Positions 27,982 through 36,859 of a DNA stretch of 64,000 bases are shown here, piece by piece. Positions within the stretch are counted from its first letter, which is position 1. Every line of letters starts with the position of its first letter. The DNA is taken from IMG/VR virus record IMGVR_UViG_3300013102_000003, positions 70,644 to 134,643 of that record. The stretch is one strand, 5' to 3'. Both the position numbers and the translations under genes were made by a program. The DNA comes from a virus (Duplodnaviria > Heunggongvirae > Uroviricota > Caudoviricetes). Under the pieces are notes generated by a model. That model saw only the letters and a program-made list of their open reading frames with translations. It had not been told where the DNA came from and did not search any database.

Positions 27982-28317
27982 ATGTTCGAAAGAATCCAGC
28001 CCGAGACTACTCCGGCCCAGCCCACCGCTCCCGAAGAAGAAGGACCCACCTTGAAGCACATTGCCGCCGTACTCATCATGATCTCGTTGTTCCTGATCGT
28101 CACGTTCAACGCCATCCACGTCGGCTTCGTCTGGACGGATACCCACTTCAAGGGCGTCGAGCAGACCGACAGCATCCAACGCGCCAAGGACAGGTACCAG
28201 TCGCAGGTCGAGGATGCACGGACACGGTGCATCGACAAGGTTGCTGCCAAGGCCAAGGGCTTCGAGAACGTCACGCTTGACATGTGCCAGAAGGTCACAT
28301 ACACTAGGGATTACTAA
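27982..28317 (+). CDS. membrane protein (leaderless)
   Basis: TTGACA-17-TAGACT; one TM. Confidence 0.75.
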   Translation: MFERIQPETTPAQPTAPEEEGPTLKHIAAVLIMISLFLIVTFNAIHVGFVWTDTHFKGVEQTDSIQRAKDRYQSQVEDARTRCIDKVAAKAKGFENVTLDMCQKVTYTRDY

Positions 28318-28340
28318 CCACCAACGTCCTAGGAGGACCA

Positions 28341-28580
28341 GTGTTCAAGGATTACAAGAAGGGCCAGCGGGTCCGGATCTATCTCGAAGAGATTGGCAGT
28401 ATCTTCGGCACCATCGTGCAGGATCACCAGATCGCAAACCATCTCGAACTGGTCCACATCGACGGAACCCGTACGGTTGACCACCGCTGGCTTCCCAACG
28501 ACATCATCTGGGCTGAGCACTGGGAAGGTCAGTACGCTTTGGAGCGCGTCTCGGATAGCCGTTTGACACAGCCGCTGTAG
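28341..28580 (+). CDS. SH3-like small protein
   Basis: GTCCTAGGAGGAC SD; YKKGQRVRI. Confidence 0.75.
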   Translation: MFKDYKKGQRVRIYLEEIGSIFGTIVQDHQIANHLELVHIDGTRTVDHRWLPNDIIWAEHWEGQYALERVSDSRLTQPL

Positions 28581-28622
28581 TGCCGTAGGCTATAACTACC
28601 AACTAGTCCTGAGGAGGACACC

Positions 28623-28958
28623 ATGACCACCCTGAATGATTGCCTTGACTTGTACGCCGACTACCAGACCGAGATCGAGAACGACAAGATCGAGGGCTAC
28701 CGGCTCAAAGAAGCTCCGTGCCTCTCGGAAGAGATCACCTCCAAGCGGGCCACCGAGTACATGCTCAAGTACGACGGACGGCTGCGGCGCGTCTACAACT
28801 TCGAACAGGCGTCCGGGACTTCGCGCATGTACATCAACACGGACGGCGGCTACTGGAAGCGCTTCCTCACGGAAGAGGCCGTGGCCATGCTCATTGCTGG
28901 CAACCCGAGCTACGAGCGCTTGACTCTCGTCGCCCAGTTGGTTAGGGTTGCAGCATGA
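28623..28958 (+). CDS. hypothetical protein
   Basis: GAGGAGGAC SD. Confidence 0.8.
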   Translation: MTTLNDCLDLYADYQTEIENDKIEGYRLKEAPCLSEEITSKRATEYMLKYDGRLRRVYNFEQASGTSRMYINTDGGYWKRFLTEEAVAMLIAGNPSYERLTLVAQLVRVAA

Positions 28959-29299
28959 ACAGCAACCAGAAGCCCATCGAAGTAACCTTCCGTAACGGCT
29001 CTACCGTCCGGACCCTCGTTGACCCGGACAGGCTTACCGTCTACCTCGGAAACCTTGTCATGGACGACATCACCGGCATCAAGTACGGCGGCGACGTTCC
29101 AGAACCTGCCGTCGAGGTACGGCTGAGTAACGTGGACATTCACGCCTCACGTGACCGGACCACCATGGACCTGACCTTCTTCAACAAGGACGACAAGCAG
29201 GCCGCGTACATCAAATCCACTCCGGCCAGCATTCAGGAATTCGCTATCCGGCTTCTCAACCAGACGACCTACGCCTTTCAGGACTTGGCAAACCGGTAG
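28955..29299 (+). CDS. hypothetical protein
   Basis: ATGA overlap; TAG fused to box. Confidence 0.8.
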   Translation: MNSNQKPIEVTFRNGSTVRTLVDPDRLTVYLGNLVMDDITGIKYGGDVPEPAVEVRLSNVDIHASRDRTTMDLTFFNKDDKQAAYIKSTPASIQEFAIRLLNQTTYAFQDLANR

Positions 29300-29358
29300 T
29301 TACAAAACTTCATAACGGTAGAGCGGGGCTTGACGGCTCCGCTCTACTGCTGTAGTGT
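29299..29358 (+). promoter_or_regulatory. box + hairpin-loop promoter unit
   Basis: CGGTAGAGCGGGGC-TTGACG-GCTCCGCTCTACTG; -10 TAGTGT. Confidence 0.85.
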
Positions 29359-29398
29359 ATGAGTATCAGCTAGTCACCGACCAACACAGGAGGAAACA

Positions 29399-29668
29399 AT
29401 GTCAGACCTCACCATCGAAGCCACGGTTATCACCCAGTCCGGTACGGACCTCACTCCGGTCGCCGTCAAGATCAACGGAACCGGCTCCATCCCGAACGGC
29501 GCACTCCGGGCCATTGCTATGGAAGCGCTCGCCACCTTCACCGGGAGCCACGAGTCCCACCATGGCTTCAAGGTTGAGGCCGAACCGTCCTTCAAGGAAG
29601 AGATGGACGACACCATCTCCATCTTCCCGGTGTTCCGGTCGCTGGTCCGGTCCGAAGTTCCCTGCTAG
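29399..29668 (+). CDS. hypothetical protein
   Basis: AGGAGG SD. Confidence 0.8.
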   Translation: MSDLTIEATVITQSGTDLTPVAVKINGTGSIPNGALRAIAMEALATFTGSHESHHGFKVEAEPSFKEEMDDTISIFPVFRSLVRSEVPC

Positions 29669-29729
29669 TTACAAAAATTGATACGGCACCGGAGTTGACA
29701 CATAGACTACGGTGCCGTATCGTTGTAAC
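29668..29729 (+). promoter_or_regulatory. box + hairpin-loop promoter unit
   Basis: GATACGGCACCG/CGGTGCCGTATC stem; TTGACA-17-TATCGT. Confidence 0.85.
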
Positions 29730-29754
29730 TACCAACCCAACAACGGAGGACACC

Positions 29755-29988
29755 ATGGCAGCAATGACAGCAATGACCGACACCGAGGCCGCAAAGGTCA
29801 TCGAAGAGATGTTCGAGACTGCTGTAGAGGATGTACGGGAACTCTACCGCCGCATCGAAGAACTGCGGAAGGACTTCCAGACCGACCCGTGGGAGGATAC
29901 GGCGGCGCAGATCAAGCGCCTTGAGGCCCGCCACGCAAAGCGGGCAAAGGAAGCTGCGGCACTGGCCATAGCGTCCATGAAGTTCTAG
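29755..29988 (+). CDS. coiled-coil hypothetical protein
   Basis: GGGAGGAC SD. Confidence 0.8.
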   Translation: MAAMTAMTDTEAAKVIEEMFETAVEDVRELYRRIEELRKDFQTDPWEDTAAQIKRLEARHAKRAKEAAALAIASMKF

Positions 29989-30043
29989 TTACAAAACTTC
30001 ATAGTCTAGGGCGGTTGACACCACAGCCGTCCTAGACTAGAGT
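29988..30043 (+). promoter_or_regulatory. box + hairpin-loop promoter unit
   Basis: TAGTCTAGGGCGG/CCGTCCTAGACTA; TTGACA-17-TAGAGT. Confidence 0.85.
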
Positions 30044-30081
30044 TAGTACTACCAACACAGCAACAGTCCTAGGAGGACAAA

Positions 30082-30495
30082 ATGAGCATCGAAACCGATT
30101 CCCGCGTTAACATCTCCGACCTCTCCACCCGCGCCGAAGAGTGCGCGGACATTCTGGAAGATCCGGAGCAGTACGAACCGGAGGACATTGACGAGGCCAA
30201 CGCGGACCTCAAGATCCTTGGGGACTTCGTCGGCAACTGCAACCACTCGTACGATCCGGAGGACCCTCACAGCATCGTGTCGGCTCTGGACAGCATCGGA
30301 CAGGATGAGGACACTCTCATCTCCGAAGACACGTTCGAGGACTACGCACAGGAATACGTCGAAGACTTCGGACTCATCCCGGACACCCTCTCCGACCTCA
30401 TCAAGACCAACATCGATTGGGCCGGAGTCGCCAACGACCTGCGGTCCGACTTCTCTTCGGTGACGCTGGACGGCGTGGACTACCTCCACCGCTGA
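30082..30495 (+). CDS. ArdA-like antirestriction (DNA mimic) protein
   Basis: very acidic; FEDYAQEYVEDFG..P..L..NIDW..VANDL..D resembles ArdA C-terminus. Confidence 0.6.
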   Translation: MSIETDSRVNISDLSTRAEECADILEDPEQYEPEDIDEANADLKILGDFVGNCNHSYDPEDPHSIVSALDSIGQDEDTLISEDTFEDYAQEYVEDFGLIPDTLSDLIKTNIDWAGVANDLRSDFSSVTLDGVDYLHR

Positions 30496-30552
30496 GTTAC
30501 AAAACTTCATTACGGGGCCGGACTTGACACCACGAGTCCGGTCCCGTAGTGT
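30496..30552 (+). promoter_or_regulatory. box + hairpin-loop promoter unit
   Basis: TACGGGGCCGGACT/AGTCCGGTCCCGTA; TTGACA-17-TAGTGT. Confidence 0.85.
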
Positions 30553-30588
30553 TAGTACTACCAACCCACCAGTCCATAGGAGGACACA

Positions 30589-31131
30589 ATGACTCTCTCA
30601 AATCTTCTCATGACCGCATACGTGAACACTGCTTCGGAAGCCGGTAAAAGCGTCTGGGACATTCTGGAAGAGGTGGCACGCGAACACCTGACCGCCGAAC
30701 TCTACAAGCAGGCATCCGGCTTGTTCGACCCGGACACCGTGATCGACACACGGAAAAACGAGTACCAGCGCGGAGTGACCGAGTTGATCCTGCGATTCAC
30801 CGGCACGGAGGTTGATGATATTGGCGACGTTGCGACCACCATCAGCGAGGGTACCAGCACCGCCCACCTCCTGACGGCTGCGGACTTCGTTGAAGATGCC
30901 AACGGCTCCCTTCTCTACATCGGCCCGCTATACCCGGCTATGCAGTTCATCAAGAACAACAACGAGGTGGACGGTCCCAACCGCCACATCCTCACCGGCA
31001 AGTGGACCGTCAAGCTTGACGGCGGCAACGTCTGGGGGACCGCTGACACTGCGGAAATGGCATGGCGCTATGCAATCGGCGCGGAGTTCGGGCCGATTGA
31101 CGAGGGCTTCAGCCCGTTCCGGCTCAAGTAG
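30589..31131 (+). CDS. hypothetical protein
   Basis: TAGGAGGAC SD. Confidence 0.85.
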   Translation: MTLSNLLMTAYVNTASEAGKSVWDILEEVAREHLTAELYKQASGLFDPDTVIDTRKNEYQRGVTELILRFTGTEVDDIGDVATTISEGTSTAHLLTAADFVEDANGSLLYIGPLYPAMQFIKNNNEVDGPNRHILTGKWTVKLDGGNVWGTADTAEMAWRYAIGAEFGPIDEGFSPFRLK

Positions 31132-31187
31132 TTACAAAACTTCATACGGGTCCGGTAGTTGCATAGACTACCGGACTCGTGTAGCGT
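31131..31187 (+). promoter_or_regulatory. box + hairpin-loop promoter unit
   Basis: CGGGTCCGGTAGT/ACTACCGGACTCG; TTGCAT-17-TAGCGT. Confidence 0.85.
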
Positions 31188-31224
31188 AGGTACTACCAAC
31201 CGAACAACAGCCTAGGAGGCTACC

Positions 31225-31566
31225 GTGAACAGCGTAACCATCACCGCCATTCTTGACGAAGACGACAACAATCCGGTGTTTGAGGTCAAAGACAACAGCG
31301 GCAACGCAACGAACGCCGTCACCATCGATGACGCGTTTAGTATTGCACGCCGGTGGATCAAACCGGCCAAGTCGCTGGAAGAGATGGCCGAAGAGTGGAT
31401 CAAGGCCCACGGTACCAATGTCCTCGACGACATGCGCGAGGACGTTGAAACCGAGTTCGAACTGACCTTCACCGAAGATCAATGGGACTCATTCGCCAAC
31501 ATGATCGAGTACGCCAAGGTCACGATCATCTTCCCCTACGGCTGGGGAGTACCGCCCACCGAGTAG
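31225..31566 (+). CDS. acidic hypothetical protein
   Basis: TAGGAGG SD, GTG. Confidence 0.8.
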   Translation: MNSVTITAILDEDDNNPVFEVKDNSGNATNAVTIDDAFSIARRWIKPAKSLEEMAEEWIKAHGTNVLDDMREDVETEFELTFTEDQWDSFANMIEYAKVTIIFPYGWGVPPTE

Positions 31567-31621
31567 TTACAAAACTTCATAGTCTACGGGAGTTGACTCT
31601 ACGGCTCCCGTAGACTATTGT
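31566..31621 (+). promoter_or_regulatory. box + hairpin-loop promoter unit
   Basis: ATAGTCTACGGGAGT/GCTCCCGTAGACTAT; TTGACT-17-TATTGT. Confidence 0.85.
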
Positions 31622-31657
31622 TAGTAGTACCAACCCAGCTAGTCCTAGGAGGACACA

Positions 31658-31969
31658 ATGCCCGTAGCAACGGATACCACAATCAGCATCGACACCATCG
31701 AAGCAAAGATGGAAGAGCTTGGATACGAGACGGAGTACTTCGGTGACGACGACGCCACCATGTTCTTCATCCGGATCGGTGACAAGGAAATCACCATCTA
31801 CAACGGCGTGTCCGGTGACTACTTCCGTCCGGAGGACGTGACCGTGGCCGAATACTTCTTCGGCATCATGGGCAAGGACCTGACGGAGAAGTTCGCGGAA
31901 TGCGAATCCATCCACGACTTCGTCGCCGTGGTGCAGGACGCAATGGCCGTCAGCTTCATGGCACGGTAG
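31658..31969 (+). CDS. acidic hypothetical protein
   Basis: TAGGAGGAC SD. Confidence 0.85.
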   Translation: MPVATDTTISIDTIEAKMEELGYETEYFGDDDATMFFIRIGDKEITIYNGVSGDYFRPEDVTVAEYFFGIMGKDLTEKFAECESIHDFVAVVQDAMAVSFMAR

Positions 31970-32024
31970 TTACAAAACTTCACTACGGTAGCGGGTTGAC
32001 ACCATCGGCCCGCTACCGTAGACT
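31969..32024 (+). promoter_or_regulatory. box + hairpin-loop promoter unit
   Basis: CTACGGTAGCGGGT/GCCCGCTACCGTAG; TTGACA-17-TAGACT. Confidence 0.85.
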
Positions 32025-32030
32025 ATAACT

Positions 32031-32062
32031 ACCAACCAACCAACCAACCAACCAACCAACCA
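32031..32062 (+). repeat. (ACCA)8 tandem repeat in 5' leader
   Basis: eight perfect ACCA units. Confidence 0.9.
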
Positions 32063-32087
32063 AGAACAACCGTCCTAGGAGGACACC

Positions 32088-32444
32088 ATGGATCGTGAAG
32101 CCCGCGCCGAAATCATCTGCAACCTTGCAGGCAAGGACCCCAACAACGAAGCCGACTGGGCGGAAGCTCTGGCCGAAGCTGACCAGCAGATCGCTGACGG
32201 CTTCGAGTACGCCGCCGAGACGTATCCCGCCGCCTACCACTGGCTTGGGTGGGAGTCCGAAGCTGACTTTGAACCCGGACGCCCGGACACGTACTTCCTG
32301 ACCATCTGCCACCCGGACGGCGAAGAGTACGCGGTAATCATCCACCGGACGGTTGACGGACAGTTCCCGCTCGACGGCGAGGTTGCCAAAGGCAAGGAAG
32401 CAGACGCGCAACGGATCGTTGACGCGCTGAACGCCACGCTCTAG
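32088..32444 (+). CDS. acidic hypothetical protein
   Basis: TAGGAGGAC SD. Confidence 0.85.
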   Translation: MDREARAEIICNLAGKDPNNEADWAEALAEADQQIADGFEYAAETYPAAYHWLGWESEADFEPGRPDTYFLTICHPDGEEYAVIIHRTVDGQFPLDGEVAKGKEADAQRIVDALNATL

Positions 32445-32499
32445 TTACAAAACTTGATACGGCTCCGGACTAGACACCTAGTCCGGAGTCGTATAGACT
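32444..32499 (+). promoter_or_regulatory. box + hairpin-loop promoter unit
   Basis: ATACGGCTCCGGACTAG-ACAC-CTAGTCCGGAGTCGTAT; TAGACA-17-TAGACT. Confidence 0.8.
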
Positions 32500-32543
32500 A
32501 TTACCAACGGATCAACCAGATCCCAAAGTCCTAGGAGGACACC

Positions 32544-32951
32544 ATGGCAGACCACGGATACCACCCACTTGGCAAGTACTCTTCCGCCCGCGACGACGCG
32601 TTGCACTTCCTGTGCACCTCCGGATGGGAGATGGGCGAGTTCGGCAACGTGTCGGACTACGGAGTCTACTTCTGGCAGATCAGCAACGATCCGGCAGACG
32701 TGCAGCAGTCCAACGGCGAGTTCACTTCGATCTTTGAGGACTGGCTCAAGGACAACCCGGAGGTCACAGACAGCCCGGAACTGCGGACGGAGCTTGTAGG
32801 CCACTTCATCGTCTCCGAGACGGACAGCGGCGCTGTGAGCGTGCAGGCATTCGATAGCGTGGAAGCGCTGAACAAGTTCTGGCTTGACCAACTGGGACGG
32901 TACGCCGAGTGGGACGACTGCGGTCCGGACTACTTGGAGGACACGGAGTAG
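32544..32951 (+). CDS. acidic hypothetical protein
   Basis: TAGGAGGAC SD. Confidence 0.85.
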   Translation: MADHGYHPLGKYSSARDDALHFLCTSGWEMGEFGNVSDYGVYFWQISNDPADVQQSNGEFTSIFEDWLKDNPEVTDSPELRTELVGHFIVSETDSGAVSVQAFDSVEALNKFWLDQLGRYAEWDDCGPDYLEDTE

Positions 32952-33008
32952 TTACAAAACTTTAGAGTGGCCCTAGGCCTTGCACCTAGGGCCGCTCTAG
33001 TGTATTGT
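32951..33008 (+). promoter_or_regulatory. box + hairpin-loop promoter unit
   Basis: TAGAGTGGCCCTAGG/CCTAGGGCCGCTCTA; TTGCAC-17-TATTGT. Confidence 0.85.
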
Positions 33009-33041
33009 TGGTACTACCAACCCAGAACAACGGAGGACAGA

Positions 33042-33335
33042 ATGAAAGCTCTACTCGCCACCAAGCTTCGCAACCAGATCACTGCCATTGATCCGGTCCT
33101 GATTGTGACGCTCAGGAACGTGTCCGTGAACGGCGTCAAGTTCGGATGCTCCGGATTCATCACGGACCCGCGAACGGGTAAGCACGTGTACGTGAACACG
33201 GACCACAACCACCAGACCAACACAAAGGCCTACTACCGGACCGCCGAGAGCACCAAGGATTACACGGGAGGCATGAACCACTTCGCCTATTACGAGGACG
33301 TGGCAGCGGCAGCGGTGCACCTGCTTACCAAGTAG
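33042..33335 (+). CDS. hypothetical protein
   Basis: GGAGGAC SD. Confidence 0.85.
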   Translation: MKALLATKLRNQITAIDPVLIVTLRNVSVNGVKFGCSGFITDPRTGKHVYVNTDHNHQTNTKAYYRTAESTKDYTGGMNHFAYYEDVAAAAVHLLTK

Positions 33336-33378
33336 TTACAAAAATTGAGAGCGGTCCTACGGGGCCGCTCTTAATTTT
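33335..33378 (+). terminator. box + promoterless terminator hairpin
   Basis: AAAATTGAGAGCGGTCC-TACG-GGGCCGCTCTTAATTTT (UACG loop). Confidence 0.8.
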
Positions 33379-33506
33379 GCCTACGCTAAGAGCGAAGCTC
33401 AGAACCGGTCTTTCTCGCCACCCGTCTCAGGGCGGCTATCATGTGGGCCTTTCGGCTTACTTCAAGCTTAGCCTACCTGCGGTGCGAAGTCAACACGGAA
33501 TCCGTC

Positions 33507-33535
33507 TTGACTCTGCGGTCTACATACACTAGAGT
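33507..33535 (+). promoter_or_regulatory. promoter (divergent pair with leftward TTGACT-17-TAAGCT)
   Basis: TTGACT-17-TAGAGT then ACTACCAG. Confidence 0.7.
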
Positions 33536-33573
33536 AGGTACTACCAGATCAACCGAAGTCCTAGGAGGACAAG

Positions 33574-34167
33574 ATGGAAACGCTCAAAGAAAACGAGAAC
33601 TTCCGTGTTCGGCTCGTTGCAGACGAGTCCTACGACAAGCCGTACGACGAGGGAGCCGTACCCGTTCTCTCCCGCGACTTCAACTACTACCGTGGCGAAT
33701 TCGAAGCCGTCAACGATCAGGCAAAGCCGTACGAGGACGCTGTAACGGAAGCGTGGAACAGGCTCAACCGGGACAGCGACGTTCTGGCGCGGTACCTCCG
33801 CATCTTCCACGGCGCGTACTCCATCATGGAGGACTCTTCAAGCAACTGCGCATACCTCGCATTCGACACGGCAGCGTGGCGTGAGAGCCACGGATTGACG
33901 GACGAGTACTTGGATGCTCACCCGGACGTTCTGGACCGTCAGAAGCTCGCAGAAGGCTCGTTGAGCGAGGTCATGGCGTGGGCGAACGGCGAGGTCTACG
34001 GTTACGAACTTGAGAAGAAGGCTACCGGATGGGTTGTCTTCGCTGACGAGAACCGCGAAGACGAGGCATTCACCCGGTGGGAAGTCATTGATTCCTGCTA
34101 CGGATTCTACGGCTATGACGTGGCGAAGGAAGCAGCGGAAGAGGCTTTCGACAACGCTACGGAGTAG
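33574..34167 (+). CDS. acidic hypothetical protein
   Basis: TAGGAGGAC SD. Confidence 0.85.
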   Translation: METLKENENFRVRLVADESYDKPYDEGAVPVLSRDFNYYRGEFEAVNDQAKPYEDAVTEAWNRLNRDSDVLARYLRIFHGAYSIMEDSSSNCAYLAFDTAAWRESHGLTDEYLDAHPDVLDRQKLAEGSLSEVMAWANGEVYGYELEKKATGWVVFADENREDEAFTRWEVIDSCYGFYGYDVAKEAAEEAFDNATE

Positions 34168-34223
34168 TTACAAAACTTCACTAGGGCCGTAGGCTTGACT
34201 GGTCTACGGTCCTAGTGTATTGT
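34167..34223 (+). promoter_or_regulatory. box + hairpin-loop promoter unit
   Basis: CACTAGGGCCGTAGGC/GTCTACGGTCCTAGTG; TTGACT-17-TATTGT. Confidence 0.85.
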
Positions 34224-34261
34224 TTGTAGTACCAGATCAACCGAAGTCCTAGGAGGACATC

Positions 34262-34600
34262 ATGAAACTGCATTCCGACAAGCTCACTGAGGCGGATATC
34301 CGCAAAGCACTGGACACGGCACGCGGCAAGGGCCACGTCACCGGAGGCCTTGAATGCTACATGCTGGAAGAGCAGGTCTCTAGGAGCCGTGCTAACGGCT
34401 TCGAAATCCGCCTTGGCTCCACATACGCGGACGGCATCCACAAGCGCAAGACGATGGACAACAGCGGCAACTACGCCGCGACGTGGCACGAGTGGGGATG
34501 GTTCATTGTGGAACTGTTCGCACTTGACAGCGGGATGACGTTCGGGCGGTACATGTCCGAAAGCGACTTCCACGGCCAGACGCGGTACGCGTTCTGCTAG
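34262..34600 (+). CDS. hypothetical protein
   Basis: TAGGAGGAC SD. Confidence 0.85.
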   Translation: MKLHSDKLTEADIRKALDTARGKGHVTGGLECYMLEEQVSRSRANGFEIRLGSTYADGIHKRKTMDNSGNYAATWHEWGWFIVELFALDSGMTFGRYMSESDFHGQTRYAFC

Positions 34601-34655
34601 TTACAAAACTTCACTAGGGCAGGGACTGGACACGGTCCCTGTCCTAGTGTATTGT
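34600..34655 (+). promoter_or_regulatory. box + hairpin-loop promoter unit
   Basis: CACTAGGGCAGGGAC/GTCCCTGTCCTAGTG; TGGACA-17-TATTGT. Confidence 0.85.
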
Positions 34656-34689
34656 TGGTACTACCAACCAAGAGTCCTAGGAGGACAAA

Positions 34690-35190
34690 ATGCTTGAACA
34701 GGATGATTACTTCGGAGCCGATGAACTGGGTCTTGACGATTTGAACCAGTACATTCAGATCAACATCTCCGAGAAAACGGATGATGACGGCAACCGTATC
34801 GACGGTACCGTGACAGCCGTGATCGACGTACAGGAGAACCTTCGGTTCCACCGTGACCTCGACCGCGAAAAGGGGAACCCCTTCAACCAGTTGTTCGACG
34901 CTGACGGCATGTTCGCGCCGAACGTCTACAAGGCGTTGGAGACCATCATCCGGGAGCGCTACAAGGGCGAGGATTTCAGCGCTGACGGCGACGTGGACGC
35001 TGACGATGATTTCATTCAGTTCACGCTGGTGCTTGACGTGCCAGCGGAAACGACACCGGCTGAATTGGGCGGGAAGATTTGGGAAGAGACGGAGATTGTC
35101 GCTTTCCACAACGAATCCGACCCCGGAACGTTCGGCAGCCCGTACCTGTTCGGTTCGCTGATCTACGATGAACTGCGGAAGCTCGACTAG
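34690..35190 (+). CDS. very acidic hypothetical protein
   Basis: TAGGAGGAC SD. Confidence 0.85.
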   Translation: MLEQDDYFGADELGLDDLNQYIQINISEKTDDDGNRIDGTVTAVIDVQENLRFHRDLDREKGNPFNQLFDADGMFAPNVYKALETIIRERYKGEDFSADGDVDADDDFIQFTLVLDVPAETTPAELGGKIWEETEIVAFHNESDPGTFGSPYLFGSLIYDELRKLD

Positions 35191-35246
35191 TTACAAAACT
35201 TCGTACGGTCCGGAGGGTTGACAGACTCTCCGGACCGTGAGAAGCT
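35190..35246 (+). promoter_or_regulatory. box + hairpin-loop promoter unit (weak -10)
   Basis: ACGGTCCGGAGGGT/ACTCTCCGGACCGT; TTGACA-17-GAAGCT. Confidence 0.7.
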
Positions 35247-35292
35247 TTACTTACAAGGAAGCACAAACAACTACCGTCTCTAGGGGGACAAA

Positions 35293-35481
35293 GTGGATTA
35301 CTGGACCAAACGAGGATTCAAGCTCAACGGCACACGTCAGGTTGGCACGTACATTGCCAGCAAGCCGGGAAAGCATGCCGTGTTGACCACCAATATCTTC
35401 GATGAACTGGTGCACGACGGCGAATGGTTCTACACGGAGGCGCAAGCAGCCGAGGCCGTCCGCGAACTTGTCAACGTCTAG
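35293..35481 (+). CDS. hypothetical protein
   Basis: TAGGGGGAC SD, GTG. Confidence 0.75.
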   Translation: MDYWTKRGFKLNGTRQVGTYIASKPGKHAVLTTNIFDELVHDGEWFYTEAQAAEAVRELVNV

Positions 35482-35531
35482 CAAACCTGCTAGAGTCTAA
35501 GTATCAACCAAAACCGTCCTAGGGGGACAAA

Positions 35532-35828
35532 ATGACTGCATCCGTTATCACCAAACTCTCACCCGTCAACGAGGACGCTACGTGGACCAAGACCCCGTAC
35601 GCGTTGGAAATCAAAGGCCAGCCGGAACGGCGCGTGACCGTCTCCCGTATCCTCAACCCGGACACCGGAGCAAAGACCGTCCACATCGTCGCTCTCGCAG
35701 CCAACGGCGTGCCCGTGGTGCCGCTCTCGACGCTGGACCAGATCGCCCGGAACATTCTCCCCGGTGCACGCATCCGGACGCCTCACAAGGCCGACAACCG
35801 GCTGACGCGGGTTTACGCGGCCAGCTAG
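35532..35828 (+). CDS. hypothetical protein
   Basis: TTGTCA-17-TAGAGT promoter; TAGGGGGAC SD. Confidence 0.8.
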   Translation: MTASVITKLSPVNEDATWTKTPYALEIKGQPERRVTVSRILNPDTGAKTVHIVALAANGVPVVPLSTLDQIARNILPGARIRTPHKADNRLTRVYAAS

Positions 35829-35886
35829 TTACAAAAGTTGCTAAGGACTCTACCGCTTGACGGTAGGGTCCTTAGTGCTGTAGTCT
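35828..35886 (+). promoter_or_regulatory. box + hairpin-loop promoter unit
   Basis: CTAAGGACTCTACCG/CGGTAGGGTCCTTAG; TTGACG-18-TAGTCT. Confidence 0.85.
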
Positions 35887-35933
35887 ATAGATAGATGGTT
35901 CAACCGGGACCACCAAGGCTTAGGAGGCCCACC

Positions 35934-36146
35934 GTGCACGAGACCCAAACCTCACAGCGTAGTCCGCTCAACTTCATGGCTGGCGACACCGTCACCATTG
36001 AAGGCATGTTGGTGGCCGTTACCCGCGTCAAGGCCGAGACGGCGTTCCTCGTACGCGTAGACGGCAACTGCCGTAGCTTCCCCGTTTCCATGGTGCTGGA
36101 AGCTCACGGGAAGTACACCGTAAGCCGTACGGTCTACGTACCGTAG
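35934..36146 (+). CDS. small beta-barrel protein
   Basis: TAGGAGG SD, GTG; FMAGDTVTI. Confidence 0.75.
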   Translation: MHETQTSQRSPLNFMAGDTVTIEGMLVAVTRVKAETAFLVRVDGNCRSFPVSMVLEAHGKYTVSRTVYVP

Positions 36147-36201
36147 TTACAAAACTTCACAGCGGTCCGGGTTGGACAACCGGCCCGGACTGCTGTAGTC
36201 T
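36146..36201 (+). promoter_or_regulatory. box + hairpin-loop promoter unit
   Basis: ACAGCGGTCCGGGTTGG/CCGGCCCGGACTGCTGT; TGGACA-17-TAGTCT. Confidence 0.85.
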
Positions 36202-36249
36202 ATGTATAGAAGGTTCAACCGGAACCGGAACAGTCCGTAGGAGGACAAA

Positions 36250-36771
36250 ATGTCTGAATGGTCAGCCGCTCGTAAGCTCGCAGCCCTCTACCAGTCTCCC
36301 GGATGGGCCGGTATCGGGTTTGCCCGGTTCGCGTCCACCGGAACCAACACGCCGGAACTGTGGAAGAATATCGAATACACAGAGCGGGAAGCAGCGGCAG
36401 GGAAGCCCGGAACGGAGGAATGGGCGGCGGATATGGTCCGCCTACGGGAACTGCTCGCAGCGGACGGCGTGACGCCTCCTAAGTTCGAAGAGGACGATGT
36501 AGTCCGGTTCGCAGACGGCAACGGCAAGATGCACCTGTGGGGCGACAACGTCGAAATTGACTACATGTTCGTCAAGAGCTACGCGGAGGATGGGCGCGTG
36601 GAAGTCACCAGCCACCCGTACACGTTCACCTTCGAAGAGTCCGCGCTAGTCAAGGTTGGCGAGGCGTACGACACGGAATACGACACGGACCCGGCCAGCG
36701 ACACGTACGGCGACGAAATCTACAAGTGGCTCCCGGAACTGAATGAGCGGGAAGACGAGGACGAGGACTAG
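36250..36771 (+). CDS. acidic hypothetical protein
   Basis: TAGGAGGAC SD. Confidence 0.85.
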   Translation: MSEWSAARKLAALYQSPGWAGIGFARFASTGTNTPELWKNIEYTEREAAAGKPGTEEWAADMVRLRELLAADGVTPPKFEEDDVVRFADGNGKMHLWGDNVEIDYMFVKSYAEDGRVEVTSHPYTFTFEESALVKVGEAYDTEYDTDPASDTYGDEIYKWLPELNEREDEDED

Positions 36772-36827
36772 TTACAAAACTTCACTAGCAGCGGGGACTT
36801 GCGAGAGTCCCCGCTCTAGTGTAAAGT
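36771..36827 (+). promoter_or_regulatory. box + hairpin-loop promoter unit
   Basis: AGCGGGGACTT-GCGA-GAGTCCCCGCT; TTGCGA-17-TAAAGT. Confidence 0.85.
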
Positions 36828-36859
36828 GGTACTTACCAACGAAGTCCTAGGAGGACAAA

